Below, one piece after another: positions 40,682 through 50,808 of a DNA stretch of 58,911 nucleotides. Below the pieces are notes generated by a model, which saw nothing but the letters and a program-made list of their open reading frames with translations, made no database searches and was not told the origin of the DNA. Every line of letters starts with the position of its first letter. Within the stretch, counting starts at the first letter, position 1. Position numbers and translations under genes: made by a program. The DNA comes from Candidatus Xenobia bacterium. GTDB taxonomy: Bacteria; Vulcanimicrobiota; Xenobia; Xenobiales; QWHO01. The stretch is from positions 1-58,911 of the forward strand of contig BTUM01000005.1 of assembly GCA_045863235.1 (NCBI GenBank), written 5' to 3'.

Positions 40682-41809
40682 TCAATGAGGCTGCGCAAGG
40701 TAACGCTCGGGCTCCTGCTCGAACTTACGCCGGCATTGGGCCGAGCAGAAGTAGTGCGTCTGGCCGCGATAGCCCCATCGATCGGATACCCGGGCAGCGG
40801 TCAGGCTCATTCCGCAGACCGGATCGACGAACTCCAAGCCGTCAGCAAGACTTGGCACGCTCGGGCTGCTCGTAACGTCCCACTGAAGTCGGGGCGCTAC
40901 AGTTGCCCAGACCAGGTCGGGCAGGACCTGCTGACAGAGCACCTGAATCCGCCGGCTCAGATCGATCGCCCCCTGCAGCGAACGTTCCGAGCTCCCCTGG
41001 CAGGCCTGGACATGCTCGACGACCAGCTTCTGGATGGCCTGGTCGAGCTCATCCGGACGCCAGAGCCAGGCTTCCAGCGCAGCCACGAAGAGCTGTGCTC
41101 GCAGGGCCGCGCCGACGGCTTGCAGGATCGTCTGCCGCCAGAGCCAGCTCCCGCGCTCGGGATAGACATGGCACCATACGTCGACCTCGCCGCGCAGCAG
41201 TCGGGCGCAGTCGCCCGGCTCCTGCCGCAGGAAGACCTGGCGCAGCTCGCGCTGGTGCTGCTCGAGAACCGGCTCGAGCTCCCCCGAGGTGCGCGAGCTC
41301 GCCAGGCTCTCGGGGACCGGCCAGCTCTCTCGGCAACGGATGCGCAGGCCTTCCAGACGTTGCCAGGCAAGGAGTCCGCATTCCCCATAGAGACGCTGTC
41401 CTACGGCGGCGTCGATTTGATCCTCGAGCGTCCCTGTCCCGGATGACCCGGGTTGCAGGTGGGCCAGAAGCATCGGTCCAAGGCGGTCGAGTTGCTCCGC
41501 GCCCAGACCCGTCTGAAGGCGGCGATGAGACTCCAGAATATCCTCGCGGAAGAGACGAACGGCCTCGTTGCGCTGAGCGCGCTGGCACTCAGCCTCCTCT
41601 GCCGTCACCCAGCCGCTTGCGGTTTCCACCTTCTGCGTCGCCTGGTGGACGAAGCTTTGAATCTCCTCGTAGGACTGTGCTAACCGGGCCATGGCGTCCG
41701 GTGCCGACGACCTGGCCGCCGGCTCCGAAGGGCTAAAACCCTGCAAGAGATGACGGAAGAAACCTCCAAACATCGTCAGGGCTTCTTCTTCATCATTTCG
41801 GCATTGCAA
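40682..41809 (-). CDS. YHS (TRASH-like) metal-binding domain protein with large N-terminal helical domain
   Basis: The C-terminus 'VDPVCGMSLT…YRGQTHYFCSAQCRRKFEQEPERY' is a YHS domain. The gene lies downstream of cusA on the same strand, and the start is uncertain. Confidence 0.55.
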   Translation of the reverse strand: MQCRNDEEEALTMFGGFFRHLLQGFSPSEPAARSSAPDAMARLAQSYEEIQSFVHQATQKVETASGWVTAEEAECQRAQRNEAVRLFREDILESHRRLQTGLGAEQLDRLGPMLLAHLQPGSSGTGTLEDQIDAAVGQRLYGECGLLAWQRLEGLRIRCRESWPVPESLASSRTSGELEPVLEQHQRELRQVFLRQEPGDCARLLRGEVDVWCHVYPERGSWLWRQTILQAVGAALRAQLFVAALEAWLWRPDELDQAIQKLVVEHVQACQGSSERSLQGAIDLSRRIQVLCQQVLPDLVWATVAPRLQWDVTSSPSVPSLADGLEFVDPVCGMSLTAARVSDRWGYRGQTHYFCSAQCRRKFEQEPERYLAQPH

Positions 41810-41981
41810 CCGTTGGCCGAGCAGGCCATGGGCGCCCCGCTCGGAGACGAGGAAGACCTGGCGTTATCGCCGGGTGAAGAGCTGGCTGGCGCCGGGGTTG
41901 GACTGCCCGACTCCCCCGAGCACCCGCCGGCCAGGAGTCCGGCCACCGCGGCCGCCATCAGCTTGTGGAAATCCCGTCGTT

Positions 41982-44900
41982 TCATGGTGTCTCCTCCTTT
42001 TTCATGACTCGTCTGACCCAGCGGGACAGATCGTCGATGTAAGTGTGCATGATGGGAATGTCAAAGAGCGAGAGGATTGTGCCTACCAGCAGACCGCCCA
42101 CCACGGCTGTGGCCAGGGGCTGGTAGGCGTCGAGGCCCGTGCGCGGCGCGAGGGCCACCGGCAGCATCACGATCAGCGAGATCCCGGCCGTCATCAGGAT
42201 CGGCCGCAAACGTTCGGGGCAGGCCCGCACGATCGCTTCGTCGCGTTCCATCCCCTGCTCGCGATAGCGCAGGATCTGGTCGATCAACAGCACAGCAGTG
42301 GTGATGTCCATTCCGGTCAACACGATAATGCCCAGGATGGACACTGTGGAGAACGCCTGTCCGGCCAGCCACAGGGCCGTGAAGACGCCGGCCAGCTCGA
42401 GCGGCAGCGAGGCGATCATCTGGAACGGCTGCAGAAACCCTCGGAACTGCACGACCAGCACGAGATACATCAAGACCAGGGCAAACACCAGACCCTGAAT
42501 GAGGCGACGAAAGCTCTCCATCATCTGGGTCATGTCGCCCCGCATCTCCATCCCGTAACCGGGCGGAAAGTTCAGCTCTCGGTAGGCGTTGGCCACCAGA
42601 TTCATCACGACGTCCATCGAGGGCAGGTTGCCGATCCGGTAGTAACCCGTGACCCCGATGACTCGACGCAGGCCATCATGCTCGATCACGCTGGGGCCGA
42701 CCGTTTGCTCGACGGTGACGACGGACTTCAGGGGCACGGTCCTGCCGTCCGAGGTGGTCAGGTAGACCCCCTCGAGGTCCTCGGCGTTGGCGCGTCGGTC
42801 CTGCTCATAGCGCAGCAGGATGGTGTTCTGGCGAATGTTGGGCAATCGATAGAACTGCTCGGTGAGTCCACCTCGCAGGGAGTAATAGGCTTGCTCGGCG
42901 ATCTCCGCGGGTGAGAGACCGAGCTCGCGCGCTCGTTGCCGATCGACGTGCAGACGCATTTCCGGCAGGCTGAGACTCCAGGTGGTGCCGGGTTGGAACA
43001 ACTCGGGCATCTTTTGCGCGATCCGCAGCGTCTCGGACCCCAGGCGGTCAAGCTCTCGAAGGTCGGGTCCGTAGATGTAGACGTGGATAGGCGCAGCGGC
43101 CGTAGCCATCACATCCGAGCCCATCTCCTTGATCTGAAGGCGACGAATCCCCGGTATCGTGGCCAGGGCCTCGCTTTGAATGGCGTCCATCACCTGCCAG
43201 ATCGTTCGGTCTCTCGAGTCTTTGTCCGAGAACGTCAGCATCATGCTCGCCCCGTTGACCTGGGGCATGGAATAGCCCGTAAAGAAAGGTGTCCAGCTCT
43301 CGAACATCGACTCCTGGCCGATCTCGATGCTGGCCTTCTCGAGCTCGGGATGCTTCAACATGATTTGCTCGAGCTGGTGGACGGCCTTCTCCGTAGCCGC
43401 AAACGAAGTACCCGGTTGCATCTCGAGAAAGCCGTTGGCCTGGCCGACGTCCGCCAGCGGCATCATCTCGCTGCCGATGAAGTAGTAGAACGTGATGCCG
43501 ACGATCAGCGTGGCCAGCACCCGGCAGAAGTTCACGAATCGATGCCGCAGCGTCCAGCGGATGGCCGAGGCATAGCCGCGCTCGAGTCGGTCGAGGCCTC
43601 GCTGGAAGGGATCGAGCACACGGTAGAGCCAGCGTCCCAGGGGATGCCGACGCTCTTTCTCCCGCACCTCCTCGGGCCGCAGCAGGTTGGCGCACAGGAG
43701 CGCCGTCAGCGTGAAGGAAACCAGCATCGAGGCCAGGAGGCCGAAGATCAGGGGCCAGACCAGCTCGACGAACATCAAGCCCACGATGCCCCCGGAGAAG
43801 AGCAGCGGCGACAGTGCCAGCACCATCATCAGGGTGGAAGCGACGACCACCAGGCGCACCTCCGCGATTCCCTCCATGGTCGCGGTCCTGGGGTCCTGGC
43901 CCAGGCGCAGGTGCCGCTCCACCGAATGGATGTCGATGATGCTGTCGTCTACCAGGCGTCCGATCGACAAAAGCAGCCCGATCAGGGTCCCGCTGTTGAA
44001 GGTCATGCCCAGGGGCAACATCATCAAAACGGCCAGCGCCAGGGAGGTGGGCACCGTCACCATGGCGATCAGCGTTCCGCGCCACTCACCCAGGAAGAAG
44101 AGAACGGCCAGGGCGGTCAGCACAACCGCCAACCCCAGCTCATGCCAGACGTTCGCGAACAGGATGTTGACGAAGCTGGCGTTGTCGTAGGCGACCTCGA
44201 ACTTGAGCCCGGGGTTCTGGCGCTCGAGCTCGCGAACCACCCGCATTACCTGCGGCACGACCTGGGCCGAGCTCGCGCCCGGGTTCTGGATGACCGAGAC
44301 CTCGATGGACGGGATGACCTCGCCCTGCGTACCGGGGAGGTGCTTGAGGTAGTGGTAGGCGCTGCGTCTCTCCCAATGGGTGTCCAGCACCTCGGCCACA
44401 TCCCGCACGTAGACCACTCGCTCGCCCTCGGCCTTGATCGGGATCGCGCGCACGTCCGCCGCGCTGAGCACCTGAGAGTCGACCCGCACGATCGCTTCGC
44501 GTCCCCCCGAGGTCAGCGTTCCGGCCGTCTCGGCCGTGTTGAAGCCGTCCAGCGCCTCGCGCAGGTCCAGGATGGAGACCCCGAAGCCGGCCAGCTTCTC
44601 GCGGTCCACGACCACCTGCAACTGGCGGCGGTAGCCGCCGAAGACGACCACCGAGTAGACGTCGGGCAGGCTTTTGATGCGAGCAATCCCGTGGTTGTCG
44701 GCGAACTCGCGCACCCGGTCGGGAGTCCAACCCCGGGCCGGGTCTCCGGTCAGGGCCAGCGACAGAATGGGTACGTTGAGGGGGTCCACGGGGATGACGA
44801 ACGAAGGCTTGAGGTTGGCTCCAGTTGCGGGCATATTGGCCGCGGCCACGTCGAGTAAGCTTTGCACCTCGACGCGCGCTTTGCGCATGTCGTGTCCGTA

Positions 44901-45197
44901 GGGAAACTCCAGGGTAACGATCGAGAACCCGTCCTGGGAGGAGGAGCGAATGAAGCGCAATCCGGGAACGTGCACGAGCTGCTCTTCCAGTGGCTTGGAA
45001 ACATACGTTTCCATCTCCTGAGCCGAAAGGCCCGGCATGGTGGTCACCACGCCCAGCATCGGACTTTCCACGTAAGGCGCGAATCGGCGGGGGATGCGCT
45101 CGCTGATTGCCACCCCGGCGAGCCATAGGAGGGCGACGTAGATGGCCACCACGGCATAGGGATGGTCGATGGACCAGCGAGGCAGAGCTCGCATCAT
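41982..45197 (-). CDS. cusA: Heavy-metal efflux RND transporter (CusA/CzcA family)
   Basis: The 1071-aa RND pump has an HME-type N-terminus (IDHPYAVVAIYVALLWLAG…). Its start overlaps the membrane fusion protein gene's stop (ATGA). Confidence 0.85.
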   Translation of the reverse strand: MMRALPRWSIDHPYAVVAIYVALLWLAGVAISERIPRRFAPYVESPMLGVVTTMPGLSAQEMETYVSKPLEEQLVHVPGLRFIRSSSQDGFSIVTLEFPYGHDMRKARVEVQSLLDVAAANMPATGANLKPSFVIPVDPLNVPILSLALTGDPARGWTPDRVREFADNHGIARIKSLPDVYSVVVFGGYRRQLQVVVDREKLAGFGVSILDLREALDGFNTAETAGTLTSGGREAIVRVDSQVLSAADVRAIPIKAEGERVVYVRDVAEVLDTHWERRSAYHYLKHLPGTQGEVIPSIEVSVIQNPGASSAQVVPQVMRVVRELERQNPGLKFEVAYDNASFVNILFANVWHELGLAVVLTALAVLFFLGEWRGTLIAMVTVPTSLALAVLMMLPLGMTFNSGTLIGLLLSIGRLVDDSIIDIHSVERHLRLGQDPRTATMEGIAEVRLVVVASTLMMVLALSPLLFSGGIVGLMFVELVWPLIFGLLASMLVSFTLTALLCANLLRPEEVREKERRHPLGRWLYRVLDPFQRGLDRLERGYASAIRWTLRHRFVNFCRVLATLIVGITFYYFIGSEMMPLADVGQANGFLEMQPGTSFAATEKAVHQLEQIMLKHPELEKASIEIGQESMFESWTPFFTGYSMPQVNGASMMLTFSDKDSRDRTIWQVMDAIQSEALATIPGIRRLQIKEMGSDVMATAAAPIHVYIYGPDLRELDRLGSETLRIAQKMPELFQPGTTWSLSLPEMRLHVDRQRARELGLSPAEIAEQAYYSLRGGLTEQFYRLPNIRQNTILLRYEQDRRANAEDLEGVYLTTSDGRTVPLKSVVTVEQTVGPSVIEHDGLRRVIGVTGYYRIGNLPSMDVVMNLVANAYRELNFPPGYGMEMRGDMTQMMESFRRLIQGLVFALVLMYLVLVVQFRGFLQPFQMIASLPLELAGVFTALWLAGQAFSTVSILGIIVLTGMDITTAVLLIDQILRYREQGMERDEAIVRACPERLRPILMTAGISLIVMLPVALAPRTGLDAYQPLATAVVGGLLVGTILSLFDIPIMHTYIDDLSRWVRRVMKKEETP

Positions 45198-47374
45198 CGG
45201 ACCACGACCGTTCCCCGCAGCATGTCCATCCCGCACTGAAATTTCAATGTGTGGCCGGGGTGCGCGGGCAACTCGACCGTCACGGGCTCGTTGAGAGGCA
45301 GCTCTTTTCGCAGTTCGAGCTCGGGGAAGATCACTTCCGTGCCACAGGTCGACTCTGTCGTGCGCAGAAAGGTGACCTTCACGCTGTCTCCTGCGGGCAG
45401 AGTCAGGCTGGCCGGCTCGAAGCCCTTCTCGGTGACGCGGATCGTTGCGGTCTCCACGGCCGCTGGCGTCGATACCGCCACGGGGTCGTTCTCTCGCAGG
45501 CCTGTCGAGCTCGAAGTGATCACGAGCTCGCCCTCCTCCAGGCCGGACCGCACCCCGGTGGTCTCACCGTTGCTGACCCCGAGCTGGATCGCAACCCGGT
45601 GGGCTACGTGGCCATTTCCTTCCGGTCGGGCGACCCAGACCCAGCGGTCCTCCCCGTGCTCCGAGATGGCCGATGTCGGCACGAAGAGGGCGTCCTCGCG
45701 CGCTGCCGTAACGATTTCGAGCCGGACCAGGTTTCCCGGCAAGAAGCGATGATCGCGGTTGGGGATCACCGCTTCCACGACCCCCTGCCGCGTCGCGGGG
45801 TTGACGGCCGGGCTGACCGAGGTCACCCGGGCCGCCACTCTGCGACCACGCGTGTCCACGAACCGGACCGGGTCCCCTTTCGATACCCGGCTCAGGTCGG
45901 CTTCGCTCACGTTGGCCTGCAGGCGGATGGGATCGATCTGGGCCACATCCACAATTGCGGTCCCCGGCTGTACGAGCACGCCGGGGCTGATGCGGCGGGC
46001 GCTCACCACCCCGTCCAGGGCGCTGCGCACCTCGGAGTAGCCCAGGCGCGCTTGCGAGCTGCGCAAGCGGGCCTGGGCTCCGGACAGGGAAGCGGAGGCC
46101 TGGCTCACCTGGCGCCGGCGCATTTCCAGCGTCGCTTCGACCGACTTCACGTGGGCATGGTGCGCCTCGACCTGGGACCGGGCTGCCTGCATTTCGGCTC
46201 GGGCTGCCTCGACCTCGGACAGGGCCTGGCTCAGCTTCTGCTCCGCTGCCTCTGTCCCGGCCTGGTCGCGCTGCAGGTCTTCCTGAGACAGGCCGCCGGT
46301 CTGCGCGAGCGCGCCCGAGCGGACGAGCTCGCTGCGCTTGAAGACCGCTTCGGCCCGGGCCGCCTCGACCTGCGCCCTGGCCTGGTCGACCCGGGCGCGC
46401 GCGGTCTTGACCGCAGCCTCCTTTTCGGACCGCTCAGCCTCGGCCAGCTCCACCTCGGCCCGCGCCTGGTCCTCCTCGGCCCGGGCCACGTTCACCGCCT
46501 CGAGCGCCTCGCGGGCGGCAGCCTCGCTCTCGAGCCGCTCGGGCTCGAGCAAGGAGACATCCAGTCTCGCCACGACCTCGCCTTTGGATACCTGGTCACC
46601 GACGTAGAAGGGCATCCACTCGATGATCCCCTCGGTGCGAGGATACAGCGGTTGCTCCTGATAGGCAACCGCCTGGCCGGCGTAGCTCACGCTGGCTTCC
46701 ACTCGTCCGCGCCGGACCGGGACCGTCTCGACGGCGAGAGTGCCGGGTGGGGCCGGCATGCTCATCTCCATCACCTGGGCCTCGATCGGCGTCATGGCAC
46801 CGGGCCTCCGAAAGTGCCGCACGACATAGATCGCGCCGGCGGCCATCACGGCCAGGAGCAGGAGGCCACCGAGCACCTGGCGGTTGGCCACGGTTCGCCA
46901 GGATGGCAGATGGCCGGCTCGATGGAGCGCGAAACCGGCCCCGAGCAGAGCCGCGAGCCCGACCATGCCCAGAATCACGGGCCAGGGTGAACCGCTTTCG
47001 GCGGCCGTGCTCTGGCCCGTGGCCAGGTCGAACGTGACGGTTCCCTCGCCGGCCTCTCCCTGGATGGTCACCTTGACCCGGTATGCTCCGGCCATCGAGA
47101 AGCCTGCTCCCACGCGGTACACGCCGGGCTCGCCGGTCGGGCGCCCCGTCTGCTCGCGTTCCCCCATGTCCATCGTGGGCATCCTGGCCAGAGCCTTGAC
47201 CGTGGCACCATCAACCGGCTTTCCTGTCTTGTCAAGCACGCGGACCACCAGCTCTGCGGGCCCGACCGGGACCACCTCCGGGTCGACGCGGAGCTCCACG
47301 CGGTATGGCCCCGCCGTACCGGTCAGACCGAAGGCAACCGCAGCCAGCCAGAGCCAGATCAGAAAGCGTCCCAT
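45194..47374 (-). CDS. RND efflux membrane fusion protein with N-terminal FixH/YtkA-like periplasmic domain and C-terminal CusF-like metal-binding domain (SilB-like architecture)
   Basis: It has a signal/TM segment, a Met-rich beta domain, an HlyD-like coiled-coil and barrel core, and a C-terminus '…AHPGHTLKFQCGMDMLRGTVVV' (a His plus M-x-M site). A GGGAGG RBS precedes ATG 47374. Confidence 0.75.
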   Translation of the reverse strand: MGRFLIWLWLAAVAFGLTGTAGPYRVELRVDPEVVPVGPAELVVRVLDKTGKPVDGATVKALARMPTMDMGEREQTGRPTGEPGVYRVGAGFSMAGAYRVKVTIQGEAGEGTVTFDLATGQSTAAESGSPWPVILGMVGLAALLGAGFALHRAGHLPSWRTVANRQVLGGLLLLAVMAAGAIYVVRHFRRPGAMTPIEAQVMEMSMPAPPGTLAVETVPVRRGRVEASVSYAGQAVAYQEQPLYPRTEGIIEWMPFYVGDQVSKGEVVARLDVSLLEPERLESEAAAREALEAVNVARAEEDQARAEVELAEAERSEKEAAVKTARARVDQARAQVEAARAEAVFKRSELVRSGALAQTGGLSQEDLQRDQAGTEAAEQKLSQALSEVEAARAEMQAARSQVEAHHAHVKSVEATLEMRRRQVSQASASLSGAQARLRSSQARLGYSEVRSALDGVVSARRISPGVLVQPGTAIVDVAQIDPIRLQANVSEADLSRVSKGDPVRFVDTRGRRVAARVTSVSPAVNPATRQGVVEAVIPNRDHRFLPGNLVRLEIVTAAREDALFVPTSAISEHGEDRWVWVARPEGNGHVAHRVAIQLGVSNGETTGVRSGLEEGELVITSSSTGLRENDPVAVSTPAAVETATIRVTEKGFEPASLTLPAGDSVKVTFLRTTESTCGTEVIFPELELRKELPLNEPVTVELPAHPGHTLKFQCGMDMLRGTVVVR

Positions 47375-47375
47375 G

Positions 47376-48692
47376 TCAGTACCTCCCGGTCGCAAACAGA
47401 AAGTCGGATTCGGCCAGGCCCCGGCGGTAGGCCGCTTGAATCCGGTTGGTGCGCGCTCGGCGAAGCGTGGCAAGCGCGTCCAGCACCTCGAGGTGGATCC
47501 CACGCCCCAACTCGAAGCGCATGCGGGCGATGCGAAGCTCCTCCTCGGCCGCGGTCACTTCCGTTCCGGCCAGCTTCTCATTTTCGAGGGCCGCCTTCCA
47601 GCGCGCTCTCTCACGTTCCACCTCGGCGGCCACGTCGTATTCCAGCTGGCGCGCTTCGAGCAGCCGGGCCTGGCGCATGGCCTCTGCCTCCTCGCGTCTG
47701 GCGCCTCGCTCGCCCCCGTCATAGAGCGACCAGGAGAGCACTAAACCCACCTGATATCCGCCGTCGAAAGGGGTGGGCCCGGCCAGCTCCGGCTGCCTGG
47801 CCTCGGCCATGGCGTAGAGGGCCAGTTGCGGGGCGTACTCGGACAGCACCTCAGCCACACGCCGATCCGCCGCCTCGGCCGCATAGCGGGCCACAGCCAG
47901 GTCGGCTCGCTCGGCCAGCGCCGCGCTGACGATGTCCTCGAGCTCTCCTTCGGGTAGGGGTTCGGGAACGGGAGCCGTCAGAGTGAAACTGGACCCGGGA
48001 TCGACGCCCATGGCGTTCTTCAGGTTGATCATGGCTGTCTCCGTCCCAGCGTTGCTATCGTTGACTTTCTGCCGCGCCGAGGCCACCTCGGCCTCTACCC
48101 GGAGCACGACATACCGAGCCACCCGTCCGACGGACTGGCGCTCGCGGACGATGCGGAGCAGCTCCTCTTGCTGGGCCAGCTCCCAGGCTGCGGCGTCCAG
48201 CTCGGAGCGAGCCTGGAGCAATTCGAAGAACGCCTTGCGGACGTCACGCGCCTTCTCGCGCATGGTGAGAGCCAGACGTGCCAGCGCGGTGCGCTCTCCC
48301 GCTTTCGCCTGCGCCAACCGGGCTTGCAGACGTCCACCGGTGTAAAGCGGCAGCATGAGGCTGAGATTGGTGCTCAGCCCCCCGCCGGGCAGGTTGGTCC
48401 AAAAACCAGGCTCGACGCCGGGCGCGCCACTGACGATCATGTCAGTATCACCGGCGTTGAGATACACACCCAGGCCGAGCTTTGGGCGGAAGGCAGCCTC
48501 CGCTTCGGAGGTACGGGCTCTGGCAGCCCGCATCTCCGCCTGGCTGACGGCTACCGCAAGGTGGTGCGCCAGGGAGTACTGGACAGCTTGTTCGAGGGTC
48601 AGCTCACCCTCAAGCTTCGGCCGTTCAGGTTGGCCGAAGGCCGGGAGGACGAGGAGCAGCCCCAATACCCCCAGGAGAGCGCGTTGCAGCAT
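47376..48692 (-). CDS. TolC-family outer-membrane efflux protein (CusC-like)
   Basis: It has a signal peptide (MLQRALLGVLGLLLVLPAFGQ) and TolC-like tandem repeats. Confidence 0.8.
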   Translation of the reverse strand: MLQRALLGVLGLLLVLPAFGQPERPKLEGELTLEQAVQYSLAHHLAVAVSQAEMRAARARTSEAEAAFRPKLGLGVYLNAGDTDMIVSGAPGVEPGFWTNLPGGGLSTNLSLMLPLYTGGRLQARLAQAKAGERTALARLALTMREKARDVRKAFFELLQARSELDAAAWELAQQEELLRIVRERQSVGRVARYVVLRVEAEVASARQKVNDSNAGTETAMINLKNAMGVDPGSSFTLTAPVPEPLPEGELEDIVSAALAERADLAVARYAAEAADRRVAEVLSEYAPQLALYAMAEARQPELAGPTPFDGGYQVGLVLSWSLYDGGERGARREEAEAMRQARLLEARQLEYDVAAEVERERARWKAALENEKLAGTEVTAAEEELRIARMRFELGRGIHLEVLDALATLRRARTNRIQAAYRRGLAESDFLFATGRY

Positions 48693-48734
48693 ACGCTGAG
48701 CCTCCTGATGGGAATGTCCCGCTTGAGGAGAAGC

Positions 48735-49070
48735 TCAGACCGGAGGGGGCAAAGAGAGACGGAGAGGACTCAACCAGCTTCCGGGGGAGTGAAGGCTCAA
48801 CTCGACCAACCCGGTGACCGCAATCGCGACGGATGCCCTCGGGCAGACTAGCGGAACGGGTCGCGCGATGGTCTCGAAGGAGGCGGCGGGGGTAGCCAGT
48901 GCCAGGCCGCTGACCGGTGCCGGCGTGACGGGACCGGCGCAGCATGTGCTTGTGACCGGAGCGCTACAGCAGCAGTCGGAGGTTCCACAGCACTGCCCGT
49001 CCTTCGCCCAGGCTGTGCCGGGCAAGAGGAGCAAGAGCAACAAACTGAGCGCCAGGTTCCTCACGGTCAA
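48735..49070 (-). CDS. Small secreted cysteine-rich protein (candidate periplasmic metal-binding protein), first gene of the cus-like operon
   Basis: It has a classic signal peptide (MTVRNLALSLLLLLLLPGTAWA) and a Cys cluster (CCGTSDCCCSAPVTSTCC). An AGGAAA RBS is present. Confidence 0.5.
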   Translation of the reverse strand: MTVRNLALSLLLLLLLPGTAWAKDGQCCGTSDCCCSAPVTSTCCAGPVTPAPVSGLALATPAASFETIARPVPLVCPRASVAIAVTGLVELSLHSPGSWLSPLRLSLPPPV

Positions 49071-49089
49071 GGTTTTCCTGACCTGCTCT

Positions 49090-49147
49090 GGAGAATCCTT
49101 CCGCCTCTTTCCGGGAGGGGTGTTGATGCCCGCACAGAGGATTCTCC
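49090..49147. promoter_or_regulatory. Perfect 10-bp inverted repeat GGAGAATCCT…(38 nt)…AGGATTCTCC in the divergent intergenic region between the two metal-efflux operons
   Basis: The arms are at 49090-49099 and 49138-49147. The repeat spans most of the ~100-bp divergent promoter region. Confidence 0.45.
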
Positions 49148-49171
49148 AAATCTCTCGTCCAAGGTTGGCAT

Positions 49172-49492
49172 GTGCGTCAGTCCGGCCGATCTGCGATCGT
49201 CCTTCTGCTCGGGTTGGGCCTCTGGCTCGCCTCGTGGGGCCACGATCTGTTCGAAGATCACCATCACGAGCACGCTCCCGAGAGACTGACCTTCACGCGG
49301 GTCAGCGACGCGACCACCGAAGCTCTGGCCACCTGTTGCCAGGTCACGATTCCCGTCGCTCTCATCGCCCTGGCTCTCAGCCCCGAGCCCCTTTCCGCGC
49401 TGATCGCGCGGGCTCGCCGCGACGATGGTCCGCCGGCCCGGTCGCTTCTTCCTCCAGGCCTTTGTTGGCGTGGTCCTCCTCCTCCAGCATAA
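49172..49492 (+). CDS. Possible small His-rich membrane protein (HDLFEDHHHEH), leader of the czc-like operon
   Basis: The start is GTG with a weak RBS. It has two hydrophobic segments and its His-rich motif resembles the N-terminus of the downstream membrane fusion protein. It overlaps a long antisense artefact ORF. Confidence 0.3.
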   Translation: MRQSGRSAIVLLLGLGLWLASWGHDLFEDHHHEHAPERLTFTRVSDATTEALATCCQVTIPVALIALALSPEPLSALIARARRDDGPPARSLLPPGLCWRGPPPPA

Positions 49493-49530
49493 GCAAACCG
49501 CCCTGATTTTGCTTTTGTCGAGGGTCGCTT

Positions 49531-50808
49531 ATGTTTCGCCGATTGTGTTGCTCGGCGGGGCTGATCGTGCTTGCTCTCACCCCGCTCTGGGCCGAACCGG
49601 CCCTGACCATGGAGCGGGTCGTGAGCCAGGCTCTCAGCTCCGGCCCGAGAGCTTCCGCTCTGGCTTTGAGAACCGACGTCGCCCGCGGGCGGCTGGTGCA
49701 GGCCGGAGCCTTCCCCAACCCCCGCGTGGGTGCCGAGCTGCAGACCACCGGTCTGAACGGCCTTCAGTGGTATGGCCTGACCGCGGCTCAGGAGCTCGAG
49801 CTGGGCGGCAAGCGGGCCGCGCGTGTGCGGGCTGCCGAAGCCGAGCTGGAGCTGGCCGATTGGCAGGTGGCCGACGCTCGCCGCGGCCTGGTGCTCGAGG
49901 TCAAGTCGCGCTTCGTGACCTGGCTCTTTGCCAGTGAGCTGGAGAAGCTGCGCCGCGAGTCTGTTGAGCTTTCCGACCGCCAGCTGGAGCTTGCCCGCAA
50001 GCGCCTGGAGCTGGGAGACGTGGCCGGAGTCGATGTCACCTGGCTCGGCGCCGAGCGCGAGCGCCGTCAGGCTGCTCTGGAGCTGGCCTCCGGCGCGGTC
50101 CTGGCCGCCAGAGAGAGCTTGTCTGCTCTGACCGGCCAGCTCGGCCAGGCCGGCCCACCGGCCGGGACGCTGGGCCGGGAGGGTCCTCGGGAGGCCCTGG
50201 AGGAGCTCATCGCCCGCGCGCTGGCTGAGCGGCCCGATCTTCTGGCGGCCGCCGCCCAGACCCGCTCGCGGGTGTGCCAGGTGGAGGTGGAGCGCAGTCG
50301 GGCCGTCTCCAACCTCACTTTGACCGGCGGCCTGGCCTATCAGGACAACAGCCTGGGGGCCGAAGCCTTCCTGCCCCGAGGCGTGGTCCAGGGCCTGGAG
50401 GACCGTACCTGGGTGATCTCGGCCGGGTTCGAGATCCCCCTGCCGCTCAACGATACCAACCAGGGCAATATCGAGCAGTCCGAGACGCTGGTGCGCCAGG
50501 CCGAGCTGGAGGAAGAGGCCCTGCGTCTGGAGGTGCGCGCTCAGGTGGCCGAGAGCTATCAGCGCTGGCAATCGGCTCGCAGGGCGCGCCTGCGGTTGAC
50601 CGAGGAAGCCCTGCCCCGGGCCAGGGAGAGCCTGGAGATCATCGAGCGGGCCTACCAGCTGGGCAACCGTTCGGTGCTCGACCTGTTGCTGGCTCAGGAA
50701 ACCTACCTGAGCCTGCGATTGAGCCAGCTCGAGATGGCTCGCGATGAGGAGCAGAGCCTGGTGGCGCTGGAGAGCGCCCTGGGCCGGCACCTGGAGGATA
50801 CCCCGTGA
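49531..50808 (+). CDS. TolC-family outer-membrane efflux protein (CzcC-like)
   Basis: It has a signal peptide, TolC-like repeats, and the correct position in the operon. Confidence 0.8.
   Translation: MFRRLCCSAGLIVLALTPLWAEPALTMERVVSQALSSGPRASALALRTDVARGRLVQAGAFPNPRVGAELQTTGLNGLQWYGLTAAQELELGGKRAARVRAAEAELELADWQVADARRGLVLEVKSRFVTWLFASELEKLRRESVELSDRQLELARKRLELGDVAGVDVTWLGAERERRQAALELASGAVLAARESLSALTGQLGQAGPPAGTLGREGPREALEELIARALAERPDLLAAAAQTRSRVCQVEVERSRAVSNLTLTGGLAYQDNSLGAEAFLPRGVVQGLEDRTWVISAGFEIPLPLNDTNQGNIEQSETLVRQAELEEEALRLEVRAQVAESYQRWQSARRARLRLTEEALPRARESLEIIERAYQLGNRSVLDLLLAQETYLSLRLSQLEMARDEEQSLVALESALGRHLEDTP

Noticed and set aside
49500-49530. Weak hairpin AAGCAAA…TTTGCTT followed by T-rich tract just upstream of czcC, as a possible attenuator or terminator
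   Set aside because: The stem is short and AT-rich, and it lies inside the possible His-rich ORF's 3' region. The evidence is insufficient.
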